A stretch of DNA of 64,000 nucleotides, taken from Octopus sinensis. Its lineage: Eukaryota. A program made the translations under genes and the position numbers. Positions 1 to 13,043 of this stretch are shown piece after piece. The notes beneath the pieces were generated by a model, which had not been told where the DNA came from, did no database searches, and saw nothing but the letters and a program-made list of their open reading frames with translations. The stretch is from contig NC_043005.1 in the NCBI RefSeq assembly GCF_006345805.1, positions 34,410,001-34,474,000 of the forward strand, read 5' to 3'. Numbering within the stretch: the stretch's first letter is position 1; the number at the start of each line of letters is the position of its first letter.

Positions 1-1371
1 GAGCTCTTACCTCTGTTGGTGACTAAAGGCCTCTCGCTCAGAGTAAAAGGCAGACTGTATGATGCATGTGTACGAACAGCCATGCTACATGGCAGTGAAA
101 CATGGGCCGTGACTGCTGAGGACATGCGTAAGCTCGCGAGAAATGAAGCTAGTATGCTCCGTTGGATGTGTAATGTCAGTGTTCATAGTCGACAGAGTGT
201 AAGTACCTTGAGAGAAAAGTTGGACCTAAGAGGAATCAGATGTTGTGTGCAAGAGAGACGATTGCGCTGGTATGGTCATGTGGTGAGAATGGATGAAGAT
301 AGGTGTGTGAAAAAGTGCCACACCCTGGCAGTTGAGGGGACCTGTGGAAGAGGTAGACCCAGGAAAACCTGGGTCGAGGTGGTGAAGCACGACCTTCGAA
401 CTCTAGGTCTCACCAAGGAAATGACCAGAGACCGAGACCTATGGAAGTATGCTGTGCGTGAGAAGACCCGGCAAGACCAGTGAGAACAATCAAAATCAAA
501 TCATATATCAGAAAGCAGGGGTTAAGTGACCCATCTGTTCGTGTCCACTGTCAGCCTCGTCTGGCACCCGTGCCGGTGATACGTAAAAGCACCATTCGCT
601 CATGGCCGTTTGCCAGCTCTGCCTGGCCCCGTGTCGGTGGAACGTAAAAGCACCATCCGTTCGTGTTCGTTGCCAGCCTCGCCTGGCCCCGTGCCGGTGA
701 CACGTAAAAGCACCGTCCGTTCGTGGCCGTTGGCCAGCTCTGTCTGGCCCCGTGTCAGTGGCACGTAAAAGCACCATCCGTTCGTGGCCGTTTGCCAGCT
801 CTGTCTGGCCCCGTGTCGGTGGCACGTAAAAGCACCATCTGTCCGTGTCCGTTGCCAGCCTCGGCTGGCCCCCGTGCCGGTGACACGTAAAAGCACCGTC
901 CGCTCGTGGCTGTTTGCCAGCTCTGTCTGGCAACCGTGTCGGTGGCACGTAAAAGCACCATCCGTTCGCGTCCGTTGCCAGCCTCGGCTGGCCCCCGTGC
1001 TGGTGACACGTAAAAGCACCGTCCGTTCGTGGCCGGTTGCCAGCTCTGTCTGGCCCCGTGTCGGTGGCACGTAAAAGCACCATCCGTTCGTGTCCGTTGC
1101 CAGCATCGCCTGGCCCCGTGCCGGTGACACGTAAAAGCACCATCCGTTCATGGCCGTTCGCCAGCTCTGTCTGGCACCTGTGCAGGTGGCACATAAAAAA
1201 CACCCACTACACTCGCGGAGTGGTTGGCGTTAGGAAGGGCATCCAGCCATAGAAACACTGCCAGATCTGACTGGGCCTGACGAAGCCTTCCAGCTTCACA
1301 GACCCCAGTTGACCCGTCCAACTCATGCTAGCATGGAAAACGGACGCTAAACGATGATGATGATGATGATG
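1..1371 (+). mobile_element. Young RTE-clade LINE, 3' end (ORF C-terminus 1-483, 3' UTR, (GAT)n tail)
   Basis: Intact ORF with GSETW, RRLRWYGHVVRM and GRGRPRKTW, typical of the RTE RT C-terminus. CpG-rich. Ends catgctagcatggaaaacggacgctaaac(gat)n. Confidence 0.9.
541..1203 (+). repeat. Minisatellite, about 61-bp unit, 11 units, within the RTE 3' UTR
   Basis: The core cgtaaaagcacc recurs about every 60-62 bp, with two alternating unit variants. Confidence 0.95.
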
Positions 1372-1399
1372 ACTAGAAGTTATAGTGGAAGTGAGTTGA

Positions 1400-2160
1400 T
1401 GTGCACTGTGTACCAGTAGTAAGTAGGGAGCTTCAGCCAGATTCCTCACAAACAAGGAACAAATTCTGGGTAGGCAACACTGCTGAAGTTTGTGAAGCAG
1501 GCAGATTGTTAACCAAGAACTGGATAGACAAAGTAATTGAAATAGTCAGAATATAATGACAGAATAAATAAGGTTAGATTAATCATAGACATCACCACAG
1601 CAAAAATGATCTCTGCTTATGCAGCATAATTTGGATTGATTGATGAACAAAAAGATTATTTTTATAAGGGTCTTTTGCAGACTATAGATAGCAGTGACCT
1701 TGTTATTTTGGCTGATGACTTTAATACATTAAGATGACTATTCTGATGTGCAAGAAAGCTAAGGTTATGAATGGAATGAAGAAGAATAAATTGACTTAAC
1801 TGTTTGCAACATTAACTTTAGGAAACTGGCAGCTACATGTTTACCTACCATACAGGCAGTGGTACAGACTTTGTACTCAATGGGAAATAGGCTAGATAGA
1901 TGGTTGGTGAATACTAAGACTTTCTCCAGTGAAGAATGTACCACTCAGCATAGACTAGAGATTAGTGACATCAGGGTAAGAAATCAATGGACCAAGAGAC
2001 ACAAAACAACCTGGAGAATGAAGGAAGCTGAAAAATCACTCAGCCAGACATAAGTTCAAAACAACACACTAGACGATACTTATGTCAAGAGACAGGAGAC
2101 AAAGATCTATAACTCAGAAGACAGTTGCAAGTTTCTATGACACAAGCTGTTGTGGGTCAC
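1400..2160 (+). mobile_element. Degenerate RTE-type apurinic endonuclease region
   Basis: Broken frames read roughly FWVGN..WIDKVIEIVR..ISAYA..KDYFY..LVILADDFN, resembling an APE domain; many stops. Confidence 0.7.
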
Positions 2161-3140
2161 AGACTATAATCTTACAACCAGTCTTATAATGGTTTTAAGG
2201 GGTTAAAATGGTTATATTAAAACAATTAAGAATGTAAAATTGTGTATTTATTAGATATTCCTGATTAAATTAACAAGCCACAATTTGCTGCATTATTTTG
2301 ATATTTATTGATTACAATGCAGTGTTTCTACAATTGACTCTCTTTTCTAATACTTACATATTTACATCATTGGCAAAGAGCCTAGGAATGGTCATATTTG
2401 CTGTGTTACTTTCAAACATTCACAAAATATTGAGTTTGTTTACTTAGAGTTTTAGCTGTGTTTATAATGTTCATGTCTGTATAGGTTCGTATGTGTGTGT
2501 ATATGCTTATATGTTTACGTGTAGATGTGTGCACGTTAATGTAAAGGTACATGACCTTGTAAGCAAGGCCATTTGTTTCACATTTCTACCGAGCTGAAAA
2601 GGAGTATATCAACCGAGTGCTGTTACAGCCCTCTCTCCTTCCAGCTACATCCTCAATGTTTTATTAATTAGAGGGTGTCAGCTTGCAACTACCTAGACAC
2701 TTATGACAACTAGCAAAAGTGTGGTACAAACTACAGGAGGTCATCCTTGTTTGCAAATAACCAAGTATGTGCATGAATGTTCACTTTCCTTGGCTTCACT
2801 TGTCACGGTCTGTATGATATTATGACTTGTCACTATACTTTCAAAGACCAGTGGAATAAAGAATCATTTCTCAAAAAACAAGTTGGCAACAGGGAAAGTA
2901 TTCAGCTGCTGTAAAATCGTGCCTCAGGATAGGTCTCTATCCAAACAGTCAAGAAGTTCACTTTGCAGTCATGAGGTCCTGGATTTATCCCACTGTTTGG
3001 AAACTTGGGCAAATGAGATTTTCTATAGCTTTGTATTGACTCATACTTTATGAATAAAGTTGAGTATGTGAAAATTGTATAGAAACCTATCTAGTGGATT
3101 GTATGTGTAATTTAAATAGTACAACCTTGTCATGTGCATG

Positions 3141-3232
3141 CACACACACACACGCACACACGCACACACACACACATACACACGCACACACGCACACACA
3201 CACACACACACACGCACACACACACACACACA
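3141..3232. repeat. (CA)n/(CG) microsatellite
   Basis: Direct. Similar CA/GT tracts near 3369, 25141, 42198, 43736, 50220, 53508 and 60300. Confidence 0.95.
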
Positions 3233-3606
3233 TGTTGATTCTCTCTGAGAATTAAGTCAGTGATATATGGGTCTGGGTTACTCAGTCTCTTACATGTTAT
3301 TTCAATGAGCGGGTAGTTTACTTGACTGAATAACTGGACCCGCATCATCAAACTGATGGAGAATAATCTGTGTGTGTGTGTGTGTGTGGATCTATCCGTC
3401 TGTCTGTCTATCTATCTATCTGCCTGCCTGCCTGCATGTGTGTGTCTTAGGTCCTGGTAGGGTATTTCCAGAGGAGCATTCGACCCAAGCTCTTGGCTAT
3501 CAGCACTGTTGGATTCCAGACTAATACTGAAATTCTTCAAGTGTAGAAACTCCTGGTTTCATGGTGGTAAAACAATTGTGTGTGTGGCGAAGAGTAAATT
3601 ATAATC

Positions 3607-4036
3607 CAAATAATAAGACCAAGAAATCCTTTAACTCATCTTTAATGATTTGTTACAATTGTTTCTGTATCAACTCTGCTTGCAATGCCAGAACACACAA
3701 AAATTCAAAGTGAAAATTTTCATAATGTTTGCAGTTTTAGACATTAGAGTGGCACTTCATCAGACTTGCATCAAAGGTGCACCCTCACATTGGCATAGCT
3801 TCTGTTGCCTAAGTGGCCAAGTTAGCAGTGGAGAAGGAAACTCTGAAACACAATGTGTGGGTGCACCTTCGATGCAAGTCTGATGAAGTGCAACTTTAAT
3901 GTCTAAAACTGCAAACATTATATAAATTTTCACTTCGAGTTCTTGCATAAACTGGTGTTCTAAGCAGAGCTGGTACAGAAACATTTGTAACAAATCATTA
4001 AAGATGTGTTTAAAGATTTCTTTGTCTTATTATTTG
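3607..4036. repeat. Long inverted repeat (about 185-bp arms, 60-bp spacer), MITE/foldback-like
   Basis: caaataataagac...cacatt (3607-3791) is the reverse complement of aatgtg...gtcttattatttg (3852-4036), with scattered mismatches. Seen also as near-identical ORFs on opposite strands. Confidence 0.88.
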
Positions 4037-4589
4037 AACTACCAACTACTAGTTGAAGGTGTCACTGCTCACAGTTTGTCATTAGTGCTATAAACACCAT
4101 GGCATAGTTATTTGATTCTCAACCACAGGGCCAGTACCAGTATATTCAGTGCCTTAGGCCTGCCCTAGAATGTATTCCCCCTAATAGTATGTGTACTCTT
4201 TCAATGCACTCTAGTTCTGTAGTGTATTCTCCTTCTCCCAGTTCTACAATGTGTCCTCCTTTCTTCCACCCCTATAATTTGTTCCCACTTCTCCACATCT
4301 TGCAATATTTATGCCCTTTAACTAGTTTTTTTAACAAAGTCTTCATTCAGATCTTTTCCATCTCAAGCACAGATTTTTTAATTACCTTTTTTTAACTAAA
4401 GACTTTGAAATTTTTGAAACTGGTTGAATGTGTCATGCAGAACCGGGTTTACTCTTTATGTTTTAGAAGTTATTTCGTATTAAAGCTGTTGTATTTGGGT
4501 AATTTTAACCAATCAATGATGTGTACTCAGCTGAAGAAAGTTACTGCTGCTGTTTGCGAAGAACAACTTCTGGCTCATTATTTTTATCA

Positions 4590-5660
4590 AATTATTACTG
4601 AGACAGACCAACGACAGAGCCTGTATGTGGTTGCATGACCTGCTAGAAAAAGTAGCCAAATCTTTTTCTATTCAGAATAGAAAAAAACCTCTGACACATT
4701 CAACCAGTATCCAAAGTTTCAAACTGTTTAGTTAAAAAAAGTTAATTAAAACGTCTGTGACTGAGATTGACAAGATCCGTGAAACTACCCTCATGCAACA
4801 CTGGATATTAACCATAATATGTACCAAGTTCCCATAACATTTTCTATTTCTTTCATTTGAAAATCTGAATAAATTACACTAGTCAAGGGAATCACAATAT
4901 TTGGAATATGGATACTTGCTATCTTTTATTCTTTCAACTTTTCTTTAACTTTAGCTGCTTCATCATTCAGTGGAGAATATTGTTTTAACCACAGGATAAC
5001 TCTGATTGCAATAGATCTGTTAGAAAAGGCGTTCCAGCCATGACCATTTTGTCTTGTTCTGTTCTAGAAGTAATGAATTTCTAAGTGAACATTATAAAAT
5101 AATATGAACTTGCTTTATTTTTTTCTTGAAGACAGAAATTTCACTTTCCTTTTTGTCAGTAAGATTTGGTTGCTCTTTCTAGCAACTCGAGCAACCAAAT
5201 AAAGGCTTTCTTGTTGCCTCATCTTGTTCCCTTCATCCCTTGTTGTTTAGTCCTGTGTTGGATCTGATTGAACAGATATGATCAAAGACATCCCAACTTT
5301 GACCATTCCGTCTTTCTTCCCAGACATAGTGGACTTTATGTGTCTATCACAGGATAGAGGTTTTTCTATTCTGTATATAAAAAAGTTTGGCTACTTTTTC
5401 TAGCAGGTCATGCAATCACATACAGGTTCTGTTGTTGGTCTGTATCAGTAATAATTTTGTTGTTATTTAGCCTCAAATCAACCCTAATACAGCAAATCTA
5501 TCATCAAAGACATTCCAGCCTTCAGCAAACCATCTTTTTAGGGATATTCTAGGACATTACATACAATGGGCATGTGATTTAGAAAGGGGGATACATTGGT
5601 TGCTACTTTTAGCGTGTTGAGTGACCATGTAGAGGCTCTTTCATTGGTTCAATTGCATAA
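4590..5660. repeat. Cluster of short interspersed repeat copies, including an inverted pair
   Basis: The motif tcaaagacattccagcc recurs near 5030, 5282 and 5503. 4590-4692 is the reverse complement of 5357-5456. Confidence 0.7.
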
Positions 5661-5699
5661 TAAGATTTTTTTACATATATATGTATATATATATATCAT

Positions 5700-6985
5700 T
5701 AGCAGAAGTTAAAGAGTAAGTCAAAAGCTGAGAGTTTCATGTATTGGCACTTATCAAACAACTGTAAAGCTCATAGGATAGACCATCCAAACCTGGTGAT
5801 TTGTCCCTCAAGTATTCTGCTATCACGTCCTGCACTTCTGCTGTCATGATGGCACCTTCACAGCACTCTGCCTCTCTTGTCAAGAGTCATGGCAGGCTGC
5901 ACAGGTAGGCACTGAAGTCCACCCTGTGTTCTCGCTTGCCACTCATCCTGAACAGCTGGGCAAAATGCTTTTGAAAGGCCTCACACATTTTACTTGGCTC
6001 AAGTAATTTGTGCCCCTGTTCTTCTACCAGAGACCGAACGGTGGCTTTGTTTCCCTGTTGCACCTCTGCCACCCGGGCCTCTTGTGTGGCTCCAATTCCT
6101 TCATTCCTTAGAGCATGCATCCTAGTCCTGACAACACACCCTTTGTGTTTGGTCTTGAAGTGTTGGTTGAGGGTCAACCTTGCCATCAAAACGTCGGATG
6201 CGATGCCACTTCTAATCACCTCTTCTAGCTTCTTAACTAGGTCACCCTCTTCTCTGTTTCTATCTATAGCTAGTGCTTCACTATACCTAATCACTTCTAC
6301 TTTTATTGCTCTCTTGAGGGCAAACCACCATTTGTTGTTGATGATGGCTCCCATCAAAGCCCTCTTTACTAGCGTGCTAATCTGGTCTCTGAAAACCTGT
6401 CTTGATGGGAAAGACGCGTTTAGTTTCCAGTAACCAGGACGCTGCCTATGTGTCTTATCTAAGTCTAGCGTACACATCACAAGTTTGTGATCTGTGTAGC
6501 TGACTATGTGGAATTGTGGACACTCTACTCTATTTCTATCTACTGTCCTACACAGTATCCTATCTAGATATGATCTTGTCGACCCAATGTTGCTCCATGT
6601 CCACATTGGCGCATTCGGGTGGTCGAGTCGGTACCTGTCAGACAGTTGAAAGTATCTGAGCAGGTCTCTGAGGCATTTGCATCCCTGTCTATTCCTATCT
6701 CTGCCCACATAGTCTAGATGCGTGTCCAAGGTAGCATTCCAATCCCCCACCAGGAGTAAAGGACGAGATGTTCCTAGGAATACTTCTAGACGTTGAAAGA
6801 AATCCAGCTGACCTGTTAAAGGCAGTATGTAGACTGATATGAGTCAAAAAGTGCACCCATTGCTGTCGTCGACATCCAAGACAACCAGTTTACCCTCCGG
6901 GTCTACGAATATTGTCTTTATTTTGAGATCCAGACCCTTCCGAAAAAGTACCACCATGCCACTACCGCCCATTCTCAGAATATAA
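5700..6985 (-). mobile_element. Tx1-like (L1 superclade) non-LTR fragment: endonuclease and following region
   Basis: ORF 5887-6750 has GDWNA, SYLDRI, YTDHKLV and PGYWKLNAS, typical of Tx1/L1 APE plus linker. The RT is absent. It abuts a (TA)n tract. Confidence 0.85.
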
Positions 6986-7459
6986 AGAGCCAGAACAAAT
7001 ACAGCAAGGAATTTATTCTGATAATAAAGTATAATAATAATAAAAATTAGTCCTCTGTTGAAATGTTTAGGATGCAGTTTCAGAAATAGATGGATTCTTG
7101 ATATCTAAATGAACACATGTGATGTTTGTGTAAGGCTTTTTATAAAACAATTGAAAACCATAGAATGAGCATTAGCAATGAAGAGGAAAAAAAATGATCC
7201 TAAATTGATTGATAAATAATTCAATTTCCTTTGAAGCAAATATCACTAACCATAACAATAGGGAAATGTTTCTAGAACAGAAATTAAAATGTTTGTTAAG
7301 AAATAAGTAGTCATGTTTTTCATAGGAAATATTTCCACTTTGTTTGTAGACAATTGTCATGGTTATCTATTTGTTCATTTTATTTTCATTGATTTGATGG
7401 GTTACCAGTTGTGAAGACTAACATTTTAAGATATTATTCTTACCTCATATAGATGTCCA

Positions 7460-7860
7460 TCATCATCATCCTCATTTTAGTGTCCATTTTTCTTTCCTTG
7501 CATGGGTATGATAAATTCATTGGTTGGATGCCCTTTCTGTAACCAACCCTCACCTGTTTCCAAGTAATATAATGTTTTCCCATGGCCAGACATGTTTTAC
7601 TAAACCAAGCAGTTTCTATGCTTGTTTACAACCATTACTGATATCAAGACAAAGGTGCGTGCACAGACATACTCTGTCTCTCTCTCTCTCTCTCATGCGC
7701 ATGTAATGAGCTTCTTTCAGTTCCATACTATCAAATCTTCTCACAAGTGTGTCAGTGTAGTAGAAGACACCTGCCCAACATACAACACAGTGGGACTAAA
7801 CCTGAAAATATATGCTCAGGAAGCATACCTGTACCTATTTATATAAAAAGCATAATTTCT
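7460..7860 (-). mobile_element. tRNA-derived SINE with RTE-like 3' tail
   Basis: Reverse complement of the SINE at 60160 and 63205; ends in (GAT)n on its own strand. Confidence 0.7.
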
Positions 7861-7929
7861 TTATGTACAAAGGAGTTAACATGGTTGTAAGGTTAAGGTG
7901 CTTGCTGGACCAACACATAGAGTTTATTG

Positions 7930-10330
7930 TATCTTCAAATGTGCTCCTCTGTATGTTTTGGCGAGAGTACAACACCCTCTGACGAGAATAGATGAGACCG
8001 CTACATATACTTCAGAAAAGAGTATCTGTTTAAAAACTGAACATGCTATAGTTGTCAGAAACTTGATCACAAGAGTTCACACTGCAAGACAAGATTATGA
8101 GGATTGAATGCCATAAGTTCTAAGGTGTTTCAGCAGAAAGTGAATGCAACACAAAAACAAAAATTTGTACATGTAGAAATAAATGGTGTAAATATTAAAC
8201 TACAGTTGGATATGAATAGTGATATTTCAGTCATAAATGTGGATACATGGAGAAAAATCGGGAAACTGAGGTTATGTAAACAGCAAAAATTGTGTGTGGT
8301 GTGATGGACAATAAATTACATTTGATGGGTGAAATGTGAACAGACATCACAGTTTGAGGGGAAACATGTGAAGCAAAAGTATTCATTGTGGAGAATACAA
8401 TGAATCTGTTTGGTACAGATTGGTTGGAGTTATTTGACTTATGCTACCTCCCTATAAGTCTCTACTGCAAAAACATAAATGGTTGTCCCATTAAAAATAA
8501 TTTGAGGAATTGTAAAAAAAAATTGAAAAAGATGTTTCCTTCTTGGAGGACTTAGATCTATGTAAAAAGACTGAAGCCTGCTTTCAAGTAAGTGAAATCA
8601 CTGTGCCTGTATTTAAATCGAACAGAAAAATACCGTTCATGACAATTGAAATCATAAATGAAGAGTTGGACAAACTGGAAAAGTGTGAAATCATTAAAGA
8701 AGTGGATTACTCTAAGTGGGTGGTGCCCACAATGTGCATTAAAAAGAAAAGTAAAAGATTAGGCAGTGTACCAGTTTCTCTACAGGATTAAATGACTGCT
8801 TAAAGACATGCCACTGTCCACTACCAGCTCCAGAGGACATTTTCACAAAAATTAAATGGTGGAAAAATTTTCTCCAAATTGGATCTGTTTGACACTTATT
8901 TACAGATTAAAGTAAATAACAAATGCTCAAAGTATCTGACAATAAATACACATTGAGGATTGTACAGATATACCTAGTTACCATTTGGATTAATGGTTGC
9001 ACTGGCAATATTTCAGCAAATCATGTACGCCGTGTTACCTGATTGTGAATTTGCAATCCCTTATTTGGTTGATATATTAATAGTAATTTGTGTGAACCCC
9101 ATGTGGAGCATATAAAAGCTGTGTTCAAGAAAATTGAAGAGTATGGGTTCATATTGAGTGAAGAAGACAAATTCTTTTTGCCTCAAATTAGGTACTTATG
9201 GCAAATAATTGATAAAGATGGTAGATGGCCTGACCCGTCAAGGGCAGACACAATAAAGAATATACCTACTTCGACAAATATACCAACATTACAAGTGTTT
9301 CTTGGGTTGGCAAACAACTACCAAAACTACATTCCTAACATGCACAAATTAAGAGCTCCATTGAATAACTTATTAAAAAAGGAAGTAAAGTGGAATTGGT
9401 TGATTAAATGTCAAAATGCATTTGAAGAAATTAAAAAAGAAATTCTAATCATAGATTTGTTGTGTCTAACACATTTTGATCCTGAAATGGACATTGTTGT
9501 AGTGTCTGATGCTTCGGAGTAAGGAATAGGAGCAGTTTTGCTACACAAGTATAAAGATGGAAGTACGAAACCAGTTATTCATGTTTCATGCTCGCTGATA
9601 GTGGCAGCAAAAATATACAGTCAGATAGAAAAAGAAGCCCTATCAATTATCTTTGCTGTAAAAAAATTTCACAAGTTTCTACATGGTAGAAGTTTTCTGT
9701 TACAAACAGCTCATCAATCATTGCTATCAATTTATGGGTCAAAGAAAGTGTTACCTACCCATACAGCAAACTGACTACAATGTTGGGGTATAATATTACT
9801 AAATTACAATTTCAAAATGTTGCATATTCCATCGGAAAAAATTGGTCATGCGGACTTTCTATCGAGACTAATTCCCAAAAATATGGAACCGCTAGAAGAT
9901 ACTGTGATAGCTGCACTGCAGGCAGGAAATGAAATAAAAAGTATTATGACTAATGTTATCTAAGAACTGCCAGTGACTGCACAGGATATAAGAATGAAAT
10001 CTGTCGGCAATGAGTATATTACAAAAATAAAGGAAGCTTTAAAAAACAAGCAGAATAAAAATACAAATGCAAGTAGTTTCTCAATACGTGATGATATTCT
10101 GATGTATGCACAAAGAGTTGTAGTACCAACTACATTACAAAATTGTGTATTGCAGCAATTCCACAGTGGACACCCTGGAATGTTGAGGATGAAAGCTCAG
10201 ATGAGGAGCTACGTCTACTGACTGACTATGGACTGGAATATTGAAAATTTGGTGAGAACAATATGCAAATAGTCATACCTACAAAGTCTACCCAACACTT
10301 GCAGGTCTTGGAAAAATATTTGTAAAACAA
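7930..10330 (+). mobile_element. Decayed Ty3/Gypsy LTR retrotransposon, gag-pol remnant
   Basis: CX2CX4HX4C knuckle near 8045, protease-like QLDMNSD, RT, RNase H (VSDAS, YSQIEKEALSIIFAVKKFH) and integrase Zn-finger start (HSGHPGM) in Gypsy order. Many stops and frameshifts; no LTRs seen. Confidence 0.88.
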
Positions 10331-12344
10331 CAATAAAAAGAAAATATCTAATACTTGCATATAAAATATAAAAGGCATTCATAAAATGTTTGTGATGAAA
10401 GAAGTTAATATAGTTTCTAAACATTTGAGAAGCAGGAAAATAATATCCTTTAAGCATTAATCTCAATTATGAAAGCTAAAAATGTATCAATGATACTACT
10501 TTTAGTACAATTTCTTTTGTGCTTTTACCTCACAACAAGCATTTTATTTCCTGTTATAGTTTTTGCAGTAAATATTTGTCAGATGATAATCTTGCTGTTT
10601 AAAGCTATATCCTGACACACTTCATTTGACTTTACACAAGTTACTATTATATCACGATATTTTTATATTTTCTAAGCTGGCGCATCATGTGCTATAAGAT
10701 GTTATTGATATGTATTGATTTTTAAAAAATCTAGGCAATATCTTCCTGGATTGCTGTTCTGTCTTGGCTATTTTAGTTCTGGAGGAATTTATTAGACATC
10801 ATTTCAATATGTAATCTGACAAAACAGACACACTGTCTTTTAGGAGTTGGATCTGCATTAAGAACTCCTCCTGTAGCTTTAGAAAAGTAATTTTTTTAAT
10901 ATTTTTTTCCTTGCAACTACAACATGTTTGAAAATAATGAAGAATTTAATAAAATAACTTTGTCACTATTAAGCTGGTGTTTGGGACATTAATTTACATG
11001 AAATTTGATGAAATGTTTTAATTTTAGATAATTTTAAAACAGAAAATTTGTATTGTAGAGCCTAAGGGTTAACCAATAATATTTAAATTTAGATATGATT
11101 TTTAATTTAAGCACAGCTTCTCATATCTATATGAGAGGGAATGAGGTAATGATTTCTGAGTTTCTGAGTTTGGCACAAAGGGGAGTTATAGGTGCCAGTA
11201 CTTGATTCCTACACGTTTTGTTTTTCATTTCTTGTGTTGATAAGTTGACTTCAACAGGAGTTGGCTTGCAGGAAAGTCTCCACTGATCTACATTCTCTAA
11301 CCAATGTCACCCCTCTCTGTTCTTTCAATTCCACAATGATGTTTTCTCCTTTGATGTTGCCAACGTTAACTAACCCCTTCCATAATTTGATGCAATCTTA
11401 CAATCTTATTTCCTTCTACCACCACAACTATATCTTTCATACCAGATCCCATACAAAAAACTTCATCAAATTCCCTCTCTCTGGAACTTACTCCTTAGTC
11501 AAATTTTTTATTGGACTACTACTACTCTGCAAGAAGTCAAACTAGTAACTTTAGTAATTATGGTAATTAATCCAGTAGTGTCTAACTGATTTGATGAAAT
11601 TACTGAATCTGTTATTTCATAATAAGCAGCTTCTACAAATTCTTATTTTCCTTTGAAGTATTTCTTTCAGCTGAAAGGAAATGATTACATTTGAGAATTT
11701 TTGATGAAATCTAAAATAAGTGTCTAAGCAGCTAATTAGATAAATTAAAGGTTGTCAGGAATTGAATAAAAAACTAGAGAAACTTGGAAGTGGTTACAAG
11801 TGAAATTATGTATTTGGAATTAGATCAAGAAGTGAAACCGATTAAGTGTTATATTAAAGAAGAAAAGATAAATTGTTAAATTACAAATTAGGAATTTAAG
11901 AAGAATATTTATTTTTATTTCTATGATATTAGTGTGGTAGAGATGCCTTATACAATGGCATCATACTGCTTCCAATAGAAAAATGTTCTTGGGAAAGTTC
12001 TTTAAAGATAACATAGCACTTGATATGAATGTGATGCACTATATTAACTAAACATGCTTAAATGGCATTTCTTATGAAAGAAGTCTTTGTTGTTTTAGAG
12101 ACTGACCTAAAAGAAAATAAGTTCATGCAGTCTGTAATATTTATTCATTTTCATAGAGATAAGAGTTTGGGATTGATTTCATTTGAGGGATGATTTTTGT
12201 GATGGAAAAGCATCAACTGCAAATATAAACAGAATTTTTGTAAATCTGAAATTATGTTGGGATTAAATCACTTGCATACTAGTTAAATTGCTAAAACCAT
12301 TAAAACACACAAGACACTTGTGTTCAATTTTACTTTATCATCAT

Positions 12345-13020
12345 CATCATCATCTGTCCATGTTCCTTGCTGGCATAAGTTGAAAAGTTTGCATCATTTC
12401 CATTGTCTACTCCACATGGTTTTTATGGTTGGATACCCTTCCTAATGTCACTCACTTTACAGCATGTACCAGGTGGTGTTTCCATGTCTCCAGCACTAGT
12501 GAGGTCACCATGCAGCTTTGAATAACTACAAACCTTGAGAGAGGTAGCTTTATGCTAGGAGATATGGAAATATGGGGTTGAGAGAAGGGACCAAAGCAGA
12601 GCAGGTTTCTTGCTGTAGAGGAGATACATGACTACTCATATTTTAGAAGAGAAGGTGGGAATAATTAAGGTGGAGCTGGGATGAAATAAAAATAGAGGTG
12701 GTGCGGTATCTGTGTGAGGATCCTTAAGGTATATGGTAAATAGAAGTGAATTGGGGCAAAAGAACTGGTAATGAGGGTGGTTAGAGGATTATAAGATTGT
12801 GAGAGAGATGGGTGAGGGAGTGAGGTTGTGTGTGAATATATGAAAGAACAAGTGTTGAGGGGTTGATGTAGTGAATGGTGGATAAGGCAGGATGTCCAGT
12901 GATGTATGGATGTGAAGAGCAGCAGAATGGCAATGTTAATACCATAGACAGGTGAAGGATGAGAAAAAGAGAGAGAGAGAGAGAGTTGATGTGTGGTTGG
13001 GCAAGTTGCCTGTGTGTGGA
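12345..13020 (-). mobile_element. RTE-tailed repeat with long purine-rich (+ strand) body
   Basis: (CAT)n tail, then sequence shared with 26012-26680 (gctttatgctagg), then a GA-rich tract. Confidence 0.55.
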
Positions 13021-13043
13021 AGAGTATAATGATAATAATAATG

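Noticed and set aside
541-1203. CRISPR-like regular repeats, and the repetitive ORFs 508-1203, 600-1151 and 784-1074
   Set aside because: There are no unique spacers and the context is a eukaryotic LINE. The ORFs are open only because the GC-rich unit lacks stops.
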